64,000 bases of DNA from Tricharina praecox (Eukaryota), in contig NW_026250422.1 in NCBI RefSeq assembly GCF_024521635.1, positions 558,001 to 622,000 of the forward strand. The letters are read 5' to 3'. This document shows, in pieces, positions 34,664-48,297 of the stretch. The stretch's first letter is position 1, and each line of letters starts with the position of its first letter. Both the position numbers and the translations under genes were made by a program. The notes under the pieces were generated by a model, which did no database searches, had not been told where the DNA came from, and saw nothing but the letters and a program-made list of their open reading frames with translations.

Positions 34664-37358
34664 ATGGTCCAATCTCCTACCTCCCCCAAGCACGAGGGCT
34701 TCCTCCCTCTTCACGGTCTCAGCCCCCATCCCAGCACCCGGCAGCAGCAATCCAGAATGGACGAGCACGTAGTCAACATCCCACTCACTCCGATCCGCAC
34801 CAACGCCAGCACTGGCGCTCGCCGAGCAGGGCAGACCATGCCGGATGTACAGCTCGAGGAGCCAATTGCTGCCGCTGCTCCCGCGTTCCGTGGGCGGCGC
34901 CGGATGCACACCGACGACAACTCTTTCACCGAGGAGGAGGGTGCCCTCACTACCATGGGAAAAGTGTATGGTAGGATCTTACACTTCTCTATTGTGACGA
35001 GGTATATGCTCTACATTCTGCCGTTGAGTCTGTGCTTCCTCGTGCCGATTCTGGTCGGCGTTTATGCTGCTCCGAAGGCTTCTGTTGGCGGTGTTAGGAT
35101 GGTGTGGTTTTTCGTTTGGGTGAGTGATTCCTCGATGCACCTGCTGGTCGTGCGAATGTGAAAGCTAAGTTCGTTGGTTTCGATATGCAGCTGGAGATTG
35201 TCTGGTGCTCCCTCTGGGTGTCAAAGCTATTCGCCAAGGCTCTTCCAAAGATCTTCCAGACGCTCGTCGGAGTCATCAGTTCCGGTGTCAAGAAATACTC
35301 CCTCGTGCTGAAGGCACTGGAGCTTCCTCTCTCCTTCGTCGGTTGGGCGGTCGCCAGTCTGTGCTCCTTCCTCCCACTGATGACCAAAGTCCGCATCGAA
35401 AAGCCATGGCAGACGGTGATGAACAAAGTTCTCATCTCCTGCCTGGTGTCCAGTCTCCTCTGGCTGGCCGAAAAACTCCTGATCCAGATCGTGTCCGTCG
35501 ACTACCACCGCCGACAGTTCGCCCAGCGCATCAAGACCAACAAGGAAAAGGTCAAGTTCCTGTCACAGCTGTACGAAGTCTCGAGGAACATCTTTCCCGA
35601 ATACGGCGAGTTTGCCGAGGAGGACTACATAATCCGTGGTGCCTTGAGTATTCCGGGGTATAAGAAGTCGAGTGGTGCAGCAACGCCGATGCGGAATATC
35701 CTTGGAGGCGTCAATATGGTCCAGGGTAAGGTCGCCAGCGTCTTTGGGAATATGGCGCAGGAAGTCACCGGCCAGAAGAATGCGTTCAATCCAGCTTCGG
35801 CGTATGCTGTCACTGCTGGTGCTCTCCTCGGTAAGAAGTCTTCCGAGGCACTGGCAAGGCGCATCTGGATGTCGTTTGTTCCTGAGGATCACTCGGCAAT
35901 GACACTGGCCGACCTGAAGGAAGTGATGGGGCCAGAGCTTGAGATCCAGGCGCAGGAGTGTTTTTACTCGCTGGACGGGGATAACAATGGAGACGTCTCT
36001 CTCGAAGAGATGATCCAGCACACGACTCAGCTCCGCACCGAGCGCCGACACGTTGCGAAGAGCATGCAGGATGTTGTGAGTACCTCCCTACATATCTGAG
36101 CGGGAGACGGTATTGTCCAGTGCTGATGGACCAACTTAGGATAATGCAATCAGTGCCTTGGACAATGTCCTTTCCTTCATCGTTTTTGTCATCATGATTC
36201 TGGTCTTTGTCGTTGCGCAACAGTCCAGTGTTGGCACTACGATCGCAGGAGCTGGTACTGTGCTCATCAGCATGTCTTTCGTCTTTGCGATCACGGCCCA
36301 GGAGATCTTGGGATCTTGCATCTTCCTCTTCGTCAAACGTGAGTTCATATTCCGGCAATGCAAAGAGAATGCCATGCTGACTTCAACAGACCCCTATGAC
36401 GTTGGTGATAGAGTGGATATTGACGACAAGAAATACGTCGTCGAGCACATCTCGCTGTTGTTCACCGTGTTCAAGAGAGTCGACAATATCAAGACGACCC
36501 AGATCCCCAACAACGTGCTGAACACCAAGATCGTCGAGAACATCACACGGTCCAAGTTCATTCAGGAGCAGCTGATGATTCCCGTGCAGTAAGCCAGTCC
36601 CCTCTTTATGCTCACGGCATACCTAATGAAATATAGCTTCGATACCTCGGTAGAAGACATCGAGACGCTCAAGATGGAGTTGATGCTCTTTGTCCGCGAA
36701 AACAGCCGTGACTTCCAGCCCGAGATTGAAGTCGAAGTCGCCGGAATCAACGACCTGGATAAGCTCACGCTACGGATCGAACTGCGCTTCCGCGAGACCA
36801 TCACTGAAGCCCTCGCTCTCCAGCGACGGAACAAGTTCATCCTTGCATTGGTGGCGATCCTCAAGAAGATCCCCATCTATGCTCCTGGTGGAGGTATTAT
36901 CACCCTTTTCTGTCTGTTAGTGCTCGCTGACTGGAATAGGTGACCCTGCCCTCGGTGAAGTCGGCAAGCCGATGTACACCGTCGCGATCCCGGATGAGCT
37001 CGCGCAATCAAATATGCAAAAGGCGGTCGACGACAAGCTCGCCAAGCGCTGGGACCACCAGTCCTCGCGCTCACCCGCCCCGAGCGTCCACGAGAACACC
37101 AACACGGGCGGTTTGAACTTTGACTTCGCAACCGACCACCACAGCCGCTCCCAGTTCCCCGATACTCACAGCAGGCCGCCTTCCAGCGGGGATGACGCGC
37201 GGACTCTTGCTCGCACCAATAGCGAGAGCAGCCGTCGTCATGAGGACCTCGAGGAGGTGAGGGGGCTCCTGAATAGAGAGCCTACCAGGGGACGTAGGAG
37301 ACCTGCGCAGTATGCCCCGCCGGCGCAGTCGGGATATCAGTACCCGCATCATATCTAG
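34664..37358 (+). CDS. MscS-like mechanosensitive ion channel (Msy1/Msy2 type) with EF-hand
   Basis: Multiple TMs, EF-hand DGDNNGDVSLEEM, MscS core FLFVK|HPYDVGDRVDID..VEHISLLFTVF..QIPNNVL..N.TRS; the start ATG (34664 or 34757) is uncertain. Confidence 0.9.
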
Positions 37359-37556
37359 GCAGGACCGGATGGCAAAATGACATTTGGGAGGCGTATTTGT
37401 CTGTACAGATCATTACCGTAGACTACAACATTGGTTCCAACCAATTCAAATCAAGCTATATCGTGACTTCTACCGTCTATAGTCAATCCGTCTATAGTGA
37501 ATCCGCCGGCCGCGCAGTCCAGAGTACATGTGAGTTGTTCGAGCTCATCGACCGGA

Positions 37557-38411
37557 TCAAGCTGCTACCGCATCGTCTTGAAACTCCCTCAACTCCTCGG
37601 CATTCCAGCTATCGTTTCATCAGCCCACACCTCGCAACGCGAACACCCCCCCTCTTCCCGGGGCCGCAACCACGCACCTCAAAAACTTCCCTCCCAACTC
37701 CCTCCCCATACCCATTGCCAACCTTGCCACCACCGCGCCCGGCACCTCCGGCGCCAGCAACTTCCCGTCCCTATGCGCATCAACAAACCTCTCACCAGCG
37801 GCTCCCATCGCCGCTTGATGCACCTCTCGAATCTCCCTCTGCATTTCCGTATCGACCACACCCGGCCTGACCGCGATTGCGGTCAGCCGCGGTTCCTCCG
37901 CCTCCAGCGTCAGCACCAAGTGGTTCATTGCGGCCTTGGCCGCGCCATACGCGCCCCACGCGGGGTAGCCGGTTACCGCGGCGCCGGAGGACACCAGTAC
38001 CACGCGCCCGTTAGGCGCTGCACGCAGCGATGGCAGTGCCGCAGCCAACAGACCGACGTGCGAGAACAGGTTCGTGTTGAATGCGGCGCGCCAGGCGGAG
38101 GCGGTCGCGAACGAGAGCGGCGTCACGGGGGAGAGTAGGCCGTGGTTTAGGATTAGGCTGTCGAGGCGCCCCCAGACGGAAAGGCAGGTGGCGATGGCGA
38201 GGGGGGCGGAGGTGTCCAGGGATAGGTCCAGGAGGGAGACGCTGATGCGCGGGGAGACGAGGGGGATGGCGCTGCGGGAGATCAGGTGGAGGTTCGCGGT
38301 TGTGTGCGTTAACAGGTGGCAGGCGATTGCGAGTCCAAGGCCCCGAGAGGCGCCGGTTAGCAGGATTACGGGCTCGGTGGACATTGTGTTGGTGGTGGTG
38401 GTGGTGGACAT
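37557..38411 (-). CDS. short-chain dehydrogenase/reductase (YIR035C/sepiapterin-reductase-like)
   Basis: TGASRGLG, LILNHG, VSSGAA..YPAWGAYGAAKAA, RPGVVDTEMQ; terminal exon SWNAEELREFQDDAVAA*. Confidence 0.9.
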
Positions 38412-39460
38412 GCTGGTGGTGGGGTGGGATTGTAGTGGGGTGTTGGGGATGGAATGCGGGACAAGCAGTAGGTATGGCGTAGGTCTATGAAACATGGTAT
38501 GTCACTCGGTAAGTGGTTGCATCTGGTTTGGAAGATGGCCTGGCTCGAGTCTGAATGAGAGGCTGGGATATATTTGTGCTCATATTTCTTCACTCGCTGT
38601 GAGGGATTCTTGGTTTGCAATAATAGGCACACTTCTGCGTACTTCTTGAATTCCTATTCTACAGTAATGAAGGTTGTCGTAGGTGCCTCATACTTGGGTA
38701 GGTGGTAGTTGACCTTTCGATTGCTTGAAGGATCCTTCACCAGCGATCCTTTACAAACGCTTCACTGCTGAGGAATGATCACGACGAGTGCTTGTACATA
38801 GCGTCCCTCATCCTCCCTATCCTCCCGTTGATCTTCCCAGCCATCACTGCCGATCACTCGTCACCGTGACACAGACAGCCACTCCGGAGTCCGTATGTAA
38901 GCATTTTAGCGTCGTCTCCGCCTTCGCCTTCGCCTTTAGGCTTTTATCCGCCCCCGACACCGGGCCTAACCACGGGCCACTGGCTGAATTGGCCCCAGTT
39001 CCGTTTCCAGTAACCTAAAACCCCGCCTATGTATGATAGGTACATGCCTAGTTTTTCCCGGGAGGGATCTGCCACCCCACTCTTCGCTATCTATCAAACA
39101 TGTGTGCCTGTATGTATGTAAGCTATGTAGGAGCGGCCTTCGATGCGTGGTTGATCTGGAGTATTAAAGTACCTACGGACCGCTGGGGACCGTGAAGCTC
39201 GATCGCCAAATGGGGTACCTACTTGGGGACGGGTGGAAGGAGGGAGGGAGGGAGGGAGGGACGGGGGAAGGAGGGAGGGCGTAAAGAATAGATATAAAAG
39301 CCTGGCGACTGCGAGGTCGTCTTTGAGTGTTTTCGTCGTAATCGCCACTCTCTCCCCGCGGTATCGAATTGTTTCCCCACACGCTTCGTTCCGAATACGC
39401 AGATCTCCCCAGCGACCCCCTTCCCCCGCAATCCCGGGTCCGCGAACTATACATACCAAG

Positions 39461-41594
39461 ATGAGCTCCTACTACATGGGCGTGGACGTGGGCACCGGCA
39501 GTGCGCGCGTGTGCATCACCTCATCGGCCGGCGAAATCCTGGTCGTGGAGTCGAAAGACATCCGCACCTGGAACGAAAAAGCCGACTACTACGTGTGTGC
39601 CCCCGTCCCACCGGCCACCTGCCCCGCCATCCCTCCCCCCCGTAACCAAGCACTCACAATCTCCAGGAACAAAGCACGGACGACATCTGGGCGGCGATCT
39701 GCCAGTGCAGCAAGGCGGCGCTGGCGAAGGCGGATATTGACCCGGAGCTGGTGAAGGGCATTGGCTTCGATGCCACGTGCTCGCTGGTTGTGCTCGATGA
39801 GGAGACTAACGAGCCGATTTCGGTGGCGGGGCCGGAGTTTAAGGAGACCGAGAGGAATGTTATTCGTATGTGGCGTCTACTCTGGTTCGAAGATGATGCG
39901 TGGGATGTATACTGATCTGGTTTGCGATGATGCGTAGTTTGGATGGACCACGTAGGACCTCCTCCTCCGCAAATATTACAAGAGACCAGGTGCTGATGGC
40001 GAAAACAGCGTCCCAAAGAAGAAACGAAAACTATCAACAACACAGGCCACAACCTGCTCAAGTACTTCGGGGGGCAGATGTCGATCGAGATGGAGACGCC
40101 GAAGGTGCTATGGCTGAAGAACAACATGCCTTCGGAGCTCTTCGCGCGCTGCAAATTCTACGATCTCCCGGACGCACTGACGCACATCGCCACGGGCCGG
40201 GAGACGCGGAGCTTCTGCTCCACCGTGTGCAAACAGGGCTACGTGCCCGTCGGTGTCGACGGCAGCGTGAAAGGGTGGCAGGAAGATTTCTTGAAGGAAA
40301 TAGGCCTTGAGGTGCTGGCAAAGGATAATTATAAGAAGATGGGCGGTGTTAACGGCGAGGTTGATCTTTCACGCTGTTAGGGCTTGCAGCTAGCTGACGG
40401 GTGGGTGTTTAGAACGGCCTGTGGGCCTCCGCCGGCGAAGTCGTTGGCGGCCTCTGCGAGAAGTCGGCGAAGGAACTTGGACTGCAACCCGGCGTCAAGA
40501 TCGGCAGCGGAGTGATCGACGCCTATGCGGGCTGGGTCGGTAGCGTGGGTGCGAAGGTCGACATCTCTGATAAGGCCCTCGAAGCCGGGTACGCAAAGAA
40601 CTCGGTGGAGCAGGCGTTCCACCGGCTCGCGGTTGTCGCGGGCACGAGTACTTGCCATCTCGTCATGTCCAAAGACCCCGTATTTGCGCCAGGAATCTGG
40701 GGGCCGTATAGGGATGTGCTGCTAGAGGGGAGGTGGCTGGCTGAGGTATGTTGCTATATCCGCAGTCCGCACATACTTCCTCACAGGCTATCACTCACAT
40801 TCCGGAAACAAAAAGGGCGGACAAAGCACCACCGGCGCACTCCTGCACAATGTCCTGACGACGCACCCGTCGTACAGCTCCGCCCTCGCACAGGCCAAAT
40901 CCGCGCCCACCAACATCTTCGACTTCCTGAACAGCCACCTCTCTGCGCTGCGCACCTCGCAGAAAGCGCCCCACATCGGCCACCTCGCGCGGCACCTATT
41001 CTTCTACGGCGACAAGCACGGCAACCGGAGCCCAATCGCAGACCCGAATATGAGAGGGTCAATCGTTGGGCTGAGCATGGACTCTTCCGTCGACGACCTC
41101 GCGCTGCAGTACTACGCCGCGATGGAATTCATCGCGCAGCAGACGCGGCACATCATCGACGTGCTCAACAAGAGCGGCCACAGCGTCACCAGCATCTTCA
41201 TGAGCGGCGGCCAGTGCAAGAACCCGCTGTTAATGGAGCTGATCGCTGACGCTACGGGATTGCCCGTCGCTATTCCAAAGTATATCCAGGACGCTGTCGT
41301 GCTCGGCGCTGCCATGCTCGGCGCGAAGGCCGCAAGCGTGAATGAGAAGGGGGAGACGGAGGATCTGTGGAGTATTATGGACCGGATGAGCCAGAGTGGT
41401 ACTGTGGCATATCCCACGACCGATGCGAACGTCAAGAAGTTGCTGGAGGCGAAATATGAGGTAGATACTCCTTCAATGATCCATCGTCTGCAAACTGTCG
41501 TTGCTAACCACCATGGCAGGTTTACATGCGGATGGCTCGGGCACAGCAGGAGTACCGGGATATCGTTGATGGGGCCATCAGCGGGTGGAACTGA
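39461..41594 (+). CDS. FGGY-family pentulose (D-ribulo)kinase, YDR109C-like
   Basis: YMGVDVGTGSAR, GIGFDATCSL, LWMDHR, MSIEMETPK, IDAYAGW, AGTSTCH, GNRSPIAD, MSGGQCKN; multi-exon. Confidence 0.92.
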
Positions 41595-42030
41595 GTGAAT
41601 GAGTGCTGTGCATGTATCTAGATTCTAGACTACTGTGGTATGAAATGGAACCTAATCCCTCGGCATCACTCGGATAGGTCATAATAATACACAAATTGCA
41701 TTTAGACCTAACGAAGAGGAAATGAAAAAAAAAAAGAAACCTATAGTACAAAAGCAGCAAACAGATGGATGACCAGCCAATTGACCCAACAAACACATCC
41801 CGAATTAAAACGCCAGTAAAAATAGAAAAGCAAAACAAAGCAGAAAATTGCAGAAAGAAGAAAAGAAAAAAAGAAAAAAACAAGTTGCTAACTGATATTT
41901 TGCACCGAAACTTTTTTCGAAACATCAAATGCAGAAGGAGTTTTTTTCTCTCAATTCGCCATGATCATGTAATGGCAAGTATTTTCCATCAGAAACAGAA
42001 AACGAAACAGAAAACGAAACTGGAAATTCA

Positions 42031-43632
42031 TCACTTCATCCGCAGGTAGGCCTTGATGACGCCCCTGCGACCAACTCTTCCGTCTCCCTCCAAGGCGGCA
42101 ACCCAATCCCTGATCTGGATGGCTTTTCCACGCTCGCCATCCTCTCTCCACACGCCCAACCTCTGTCCGGTCCACGTGAGATTTCCCAGTTCAGAGCCAG
42201 TATTGGCCTGGCCGACCGATGTGTCTATGGCGCCAACAGGGCCCGGTCTCGCCGGTCCTCCCATACCTCCACCTCCCGGGGCATTGCCTCCAGCCGTCAT
42301 CCACGAGTACGTCTTCTTCTTTTTCCTGAGTCCGCCGAAGCCGCCGAAGCCACCCATCATCATGTTTGCCGTAAGATTGGCGGCGCGATGAGAAGCCGCT
42401 TCTTCGATCTTGCTTGCCGCCTGCTTCTTGCTCTCCTTCGCCGAGATCCTGCGCTCGCCCATGCCCGGGGAATCGCCGCCGGGGGTTCCAGGAGTAGTAT
42501 CGCCGCCGCCACCTGGAGTGGGAGTGCCTCCGGCCGCCAGTTGCTCCCGTCTCGCCTTCTTGCGCAGGCGTTCCTGGTCCGCCTCCCATTCCTTCTGCTT
42601 CAGCTGGCGCAGGGCGATCGCAACCTCGTTCTGTAGATTGGCGGTGGGGATGCCGCCTCCGGGAGCGGGCGTGGCGCCGTTTGCGACTGAAAAGGAGCCT
42701 GTAACTTGTGGGTTCCCATTCAGCATTGGTTCGGCAATCGTGAGGGCATAGGGTATTGATATCTTACGTTTTAACGGATTGCTGCCGGGGGAGATCGCGG
42801 AGGGAATGCTGCCAGCACTGTCCGGGGGTGCGCTGGGCCTAATCTCCGGTGTGACACCCATCACGCGATCCGCCCATTCGCCGGTGATGGTGGTCTGCGG
42901 TCGACGTCGTGCTCGAGCCAACGCGGTGCTTCTGGTCAGGAGCGAATTCAGTCGTTCTCGGCAGGCAAGCGACAGCAATGTGACGATGTCCATGTTCTCC
43001 TTGTGGGCTGGCATCGTGGGATCGCTGATAGTAAACGCCGTGCATCCTTCGTTCCGGGTCTTGTTAAGAAGTCGATTTGAGAGGACTTGCGCGTTCAGGA
43101 AGGGGTCGTTGAGATGGTTTGCTTTAATTGTCGCTCGTCTCCGCAACTCCTGTCGGTTCACCTCTTCCTGCGAGAGCGGCATGCCGGGGTAGCCATTGTA
43201 CGCTGCCGCGTAGTTGCCGCCCGACGCCAGTCGCGCTTCCTCCTCCTTCAAGTCGATACCAGCAGACGTAAGGGCATCGGCGAGATCGGTGGGGTCGATC
43301 GGCTTAGAGGTTGGATTCGTGGTTGCAGGGGGCGGCATCATGTGTTGTTGTTGTTGCTGCTGTTGCTGCTGGTACTGTTGCTGTTGCTGCTGTTGCTGCG
43401 CTAGCTGTAGTTGGAATTGAGGATGCGACTGGTCGTGATAGTACTGGTGTGGTACGAAGTGTTGTTGTTGCTGTTGCTGCGGAGGCGGTGGTGGTTGCAA
43501 TTGTGGTTGTTGTATTTGCTGTTGAGGTTGTTGCAGCGGGTGCGATTGCTGCTGTTGAGGAGGTGGAGGAGGTGGGGGAGGTTGATATGGGGGACCCGAC
43601 GAAGGGGGATATGGCGACTGCTGCTTCTCCAT
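42031..43632 (-). CDS. TAF4: TFIID subunit Taf4
   Basis: PolyQ/P N-terminus, DLADALTSAGIDLKEEE, histone-fold SLACRERL, HRAANLTA, KKKTYSWM, REDGERGKAIQIRDWVAALE; likely intron 42699-42767. Confidence 0.88.
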   Translation of the reverse strand: MEKQQSPYPPSSGPPYQPPPPPPPPQQQQSHPLQQPQQQIQQPQLQPPPPPQQQQQQHFVPHQYYHDQSHPQFQLQLAQQQQQQQQYQQQQQQQQQHMMPPPATTNPTSKPIDPTDLADALTSAGIDLKEEEARLASGGNYAAAYNGYPGMPLSQEEVNRQELRRRATIKANHLNDPFLNAQVLSNRLLNKTRNEGCTAFTISDPTMPAHKENMDIVTLLSLACRERLNSLLTRSTALARARRRPQTTITGEWADRVMGVTPEIRPSAPPDSAGSIPSAISPGSNPLKRKISIPYALTIAEPMLNGNPQVTGSFSVANGATPAPGGGIPTANLQNEVAIALRQLKQKEWEADQERLRKKARREQLAAGGTPTPGGGGDTTPGTPGGDSPGMGERRISAKESKKQAASKIEEAASHRAANLTANMMMGGFGGFGGLRKKKKTYSWMTAGGNAPGGGGMGGPARPGPVGAIDTSVGQANTGSELGNLTWTGQRLGVWREDGERGKAIQIRDWVAALEGDGRVGRRGVIKAYLRMK

Positions 43633-43955
43633 GATGTCGGTGATGGTTACACGAGTGCGCGGTGGTAGTTTGTTTGTGTTGTTGATGGGGGGAGGAGGAG
43701 TGTGAGGTAGTCGGCGCGGTCGTGATGTCGTCGGCACGGTTGGGTCTGGGTGGGTGGGCGAGTCTCCTCTGTCCAGTGTCCGCTAGTTGCAGAGAGTCGC
43801 GACCTGCACGCAACCACTCTACCCGACGCTAACTACCTAGTGCGATACGTTCCACAGAGCCGCCATCTTCGCGTGTCATCATCGTTTTTGAATTCGCTCT
43901 GCTCTTTGTTACAGCTCTCTAGAGCTCCCCCCGTCCGCCAAACACGATCCCTCGA

Positions 43956-45581
43956 ATGGCTTCCAACCACCCACCTCAACCAGCTATGCTGCCTTCACCA
44001 CTAAGCCCACTACAGAAGAGGAAACGAATCCTCTTCATCCATCCTGATTTGGGAATTGGAGGTGCTGAGCGGCTCGTCGTGGACGCTGCTGTCGGGTTGC
44101 AAGACCGAGGCCACAGCGTTACTGTCTATACCTCTCACTGTGATTCTCGACACTGTTTTGATGAAGCCCGAAATGGTACTATTCCCCCAAAGCAACACCG
44201 GATCTCTCTACGTGTTTTGTAGCAACGGTAACTCACGCTTGTCTGCCTGTCATTTTTGTAGGAACCTTGACCATCCGCGTCTCGGGCAACTCGATAGTCC
44301 CTCGAAATATTCTCGGTCGATTCAACATCCTCTGCGCAATCCTTCGCCAGCTCCATCTGGTCGCTTCGCTGATCCTCTCGAACGAGATCTCTAACTACGA
44401 TTGTCTCTTCATCGACCAACTCTCCGCCTGTATTCCGTTGTTCTACTTGTTCGCACCACACATTCCGGTGCTCTTCTACTGCCACTTTCCCGACTACCTA
44501 CTCGCGTCCCGCACGTCCTTGATCAAATCGCTGTACAGGATCCCCTTTGATTGGATCGAGGCAGTCACAACCGGGCTGGCTAGTACCATTCTGGTCAACT
44601 CGAACTTCACTCGGGGTGTCTTCTCGACCGCATTTCCCAGGATCGAGCGGGTGCCTCACGTGGTCTACCCCTGCGTTGATGTTACCGAGAGAAAAAGTGT
44701 CCTCAAGGATGATGAGCCTAGCTTTCTCGCCGGAGATGGACGGAAGATATTGCTTTCAATCAATAGGTTCGAGAGGAAGAAGAACATCGAGGTGGGCATT
44801 AAGGCGCTTGCCTGCCTGTCGGAGGAAGAGAGGAAAAGGATTCGATTGATCATTGCGGGTATGACTGATTCTTATTCGAGACATTCCACGAGAGTTCAGT
44901 GTCCTTACTTTCTCATGGGTTGTAGGCGGTTACGACCCTCGTGTGCACGAAAACATTTCATATCATCATGAACTTACCACCCTCTGCGAGTCTTACGGCT
45001 TCAAGCACATCACCTGCAAGAACTTCATAACGTCGCTTTCGATCCCAGAAGACACGGACGTTTTGTTCTTGTTGTCCATACCGGCCAGCTGGAAGGCATA
45101 TCTCCTCAAGGCATCCTCATTGTTGTTGTACACTCCGGAGCGTGAGCATTTCGGCATCGTACCGTTGGAAGCTTTGATTGCCGAGGTATGCGCCCTCTTA
45201 CCCTCCGCTCGCCGGATTAATCCCCCGTACTGATACGGGCCTTGTCAGCTTCCGGTGCTCGCACAGAACTCTGGCGGTCCTCTGGAGACCATCACAGAGG
45301 GTGTGACTGGCTGGAATAGGCCCAACAACCCCGAAAAATGGGCGGAAGTTATCCGACAGGCCTTATTCGAGATGTCACCTACCGAGATCAAGGCCATGGG
45401 TAGGAAAGGTAGAGAGAGGGTTATCCGCGAGTTCTCTAAGGAGAAGATGGCGGAGAGGCTTGAAGCCGAGTTTGATGCTGTGCCCCCAGTTAACGGCGGA
45501 AGGTTCTGGCGACTTCTACTCCTTGCAGGCGGGATTGCGACGGCGGGTGTGGGAGCGGGCATGATGGTTTTTAAATCGTAA
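43956..45581 (+). CDS. ALG2: alpha-1,3/1,6-mannosyltransferase
   Basis: [72 protein letters not shown]. Confidence 0.95.
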
Positions 45582-46109
45582 GGGATTGCTGAACGTGATA
45601 TCTTCTTTTTCTTCTTCTCTTGTATGTATAATAGAGTAGACTTCATTTCTATCTGTGCTGTCTGCTTGCCTGCATTCTTTCAGCTTTGTATTTTTATGAC
45701 CACTTTCCGATACTTGATACCTGGTCCGTGTATGTTAGTTACTGTGTCCCTTAATATTCCCGGGGGTTCGGGGCCGGGGGAGTTAAATGTCATGATGAGT
45801 GAGAGGTTGTGACCGCTACTGCGGGTAAATTCATGCACATAGAAGGCGGCAAAGACGTGTTCTCTGTGGTGTTCCGTCGCGCCTCGCTATAGCTAGTTAG
45901 CGTGGTTCAGCTTAGTCACGGGGGCTGAGAGGCCAGATTCACAAAAACTAAGTTTTGGCAGGCCAACTTTCTCCTGAAGCCGCCTCATAAGAATCCATCA
46001 CCTCCGAACACACAGAACCATATCTGGACTTCCTTCTCTACAGTCCAAACCTTTCTCTTTCTTACTTTCCCTCCCTCCATACGCGGACCACCCGCCTATT
46101 GCTCTCGTC

Positions 46110-47888
46110 ATGTCTGGTTGTACGTTGGCCCGTTCGCGATGCTATCTCTCTACCGAGCAAGCTTGCTGTGTTTCCTGTGTCCGAGCGTAATTGAACTGAC
46201 GATCCGCGTTTTCGCCAACAGTACGGTTTCTGGATATCATCAAGCCCTTCGTGCCGTACCTCCCTGAGGTTGCGGCACCGGAGCGGAAGGTGCCCTTTCA
46301 GCAGCGCATGATGTGGACAGGTGTAAGCATTCGATTCCCGTCGACCGAGAGAGTTCTGGAGTACTGTAGCTGACATTGGTGGTTGCTTCGCAGTTGACAT
46401 TGCTGATCTTCTTGGTCATGAGTCAAATGCCACTATACGGAATTGTGTCCTCAGATGTATGATCGACAGCTCCCCGAGAGATGCCTGAGCTCAAGTACTG
46501 ACAACGCCGATGTAGTCATCCGATCCGCTATACTGGTTGCGAATGATGATGGCGAGTAATCGAGGAACGTTAATGGAGCTCGGTATATCGCCAATCATCT
46601 CGTCCGGAATGATCTTCCAGCTGCTTGCCGGTACCCACATGATCGATGTCAACCTCGACCTGAAGTCCGACCGTGAGCTGTACCAGACTGCCCAGAAACG
46701 TATGTCTACTCCAAATCCACCGACTCGCATCTGGAATGAGCTTTCCCTCTGACCCTCAATAGTCTTCGCTATCATCCTCTCTCTCGGACAGGCTACCGTC
46801 TACGTTCTTACCGGACTCTACGGACAGCCTAGCGACCTCGGAGCCGGCATTTGCTTGCTTTTGGTTCTGCAGCTTGTTGTCGCCGGATTGATCGTCATTC
46901 TGTTGGACGAGCTCCTCCAGAAGGGCTACGGATTGGGATCTGGTATCTCGCTCTTCATTGCCACCAACATTTGCGAGAGCATTGTCTGGAAGGCGTTCTC
47001 CCCGACCACCATCAACACCGGCCGTGGACCCGAGTTCGAGGGAGCCGTCATCGCTCTCTTCCACCTGCTCCTGACCTGGGACAACAAGGGCCGCGCGCTC
47101 AAGGAGGCCTTCTACCGCCAGAACCTCCCCAACGTGATGAGTCTCATCGCGACCCTCGTCGTCTTCGCCGCGGTCATCTACCTCCAAGGCTTCCGCGTCG
47201 AAATCCCCGTCAAGTCGAGCAAGTACCGTGGCTCGCGCGGAACCTACCCCGTCCGCCTGTTCTACACCAGCAACATGCCGATCATGCTGCAGTCCGCTCT
47301 GAGCTCCAACGTGTTCCTCGTTTCGCAGATGCTGTATTCCCGCTTCTCCGACAACATCCTGGTCCGTCTCCTCGGCGTCTGGGAGCCCAAGGAGGGCTCT
47401 GCGCAACTCTTTGCTACCTCCGGAATCGCGTACTACATGTCACCTCCCTTGAACTTCACCGACGCGCTCCTCGACCCCGTCCACACCGCGCTCTACATCA
47501 TCTTCATGCTCGGAGCCTGCGCCATCTTTTCCAAGACCTGGATTGAAGTCTCCGGTTCCAGCCCCCGCGACGTCGCCAAGCAGCTTAAGGAGCAGGGTCT
47601 CGTTATGGCCGGACACCGTGAACAGTCCATGTATAAGGAACTCAAGCGCGTCATCCCTACCGCCGCCGCCTTCGGTGGTGCCTGCATCGGTGCGCTCTCT
47701 GTTGTCTCGGATCTTAGTGGGGCCCTTGGTTCCGGAACTGGTATCTTGTTGGCTGTAACGTAAGCTTCTTCCTATCCCTACTTTACCTTGGCTTAAATAC
47801 TAATTGACATCGCAGCATTATCTACGGATACTTCGAGATCGCGGCGAAGGAGGGAGAGCTCGGTGGTGTTGGGCAGTTCATTTCATAG
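46110..47888 (+). CDS. SEC61: Sec61 translocon alpha subunit
   Basis: [88 protein letters not shown]. Confidence 0.97.
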
Positions 47889-48297
47889 ATTCTCAGTTGG
47901 GACTAAAATTTCCATGGGTGTTAACGAAGTGGGTGGGGTGTAATAAGGTTGATTTTTCGCGCTTTTCTGTTTCCATTCGCTTTTTTGTATGAATGTAGAA
48001 GAAACAAAACCTCTATGACTATGTGAGCGATGCTGTCTCGGCGGAGAGCAGTGCAAATGGCATGTTTGATTCATGACTAGACAATGGTTGACCCTCCCTA
48101 CTCTAATCCATTCGTATTGGTAGAACTTCACCGGGAGATCGTAATCACAATGCGAATGTGCGCACACCCCACCAGTAAGTAACGAACCGGTGAAAAAGTA
48201 GGTAGAAACAAAACCAAGCGGTAGGGAATCCGAATGATAGAAACAACGCACGCAATAGGTAACTACTAGGTAACAGCCGCAGCAATAAGCAAGAAAA

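Noticed and set aside
37557..41594. Divergent SDR + FGGY kinase as a pentitol catabolic cluster
   Set aside because: The SDR looks like the YIR035C/sepiapterin-reductase type rather than a polyol dehydrogenase, and no transporter or regulator is nearby.
43340..43580. PolyQ/polyP repeats and poly-Cys antisense ORFs in TAF4
   Set aside because: Ordinary low-complexity transcription-factor N-terminus; the antisense ORFs are artefacts.
46756..47406. 216-aa ORF antisense to SEC61 (similar cases at 30828-31787, 60880-61563 and 61973-62659)
   Set aside because: They mirror conserved sense genes with C-ending codon bias and have no independent features.
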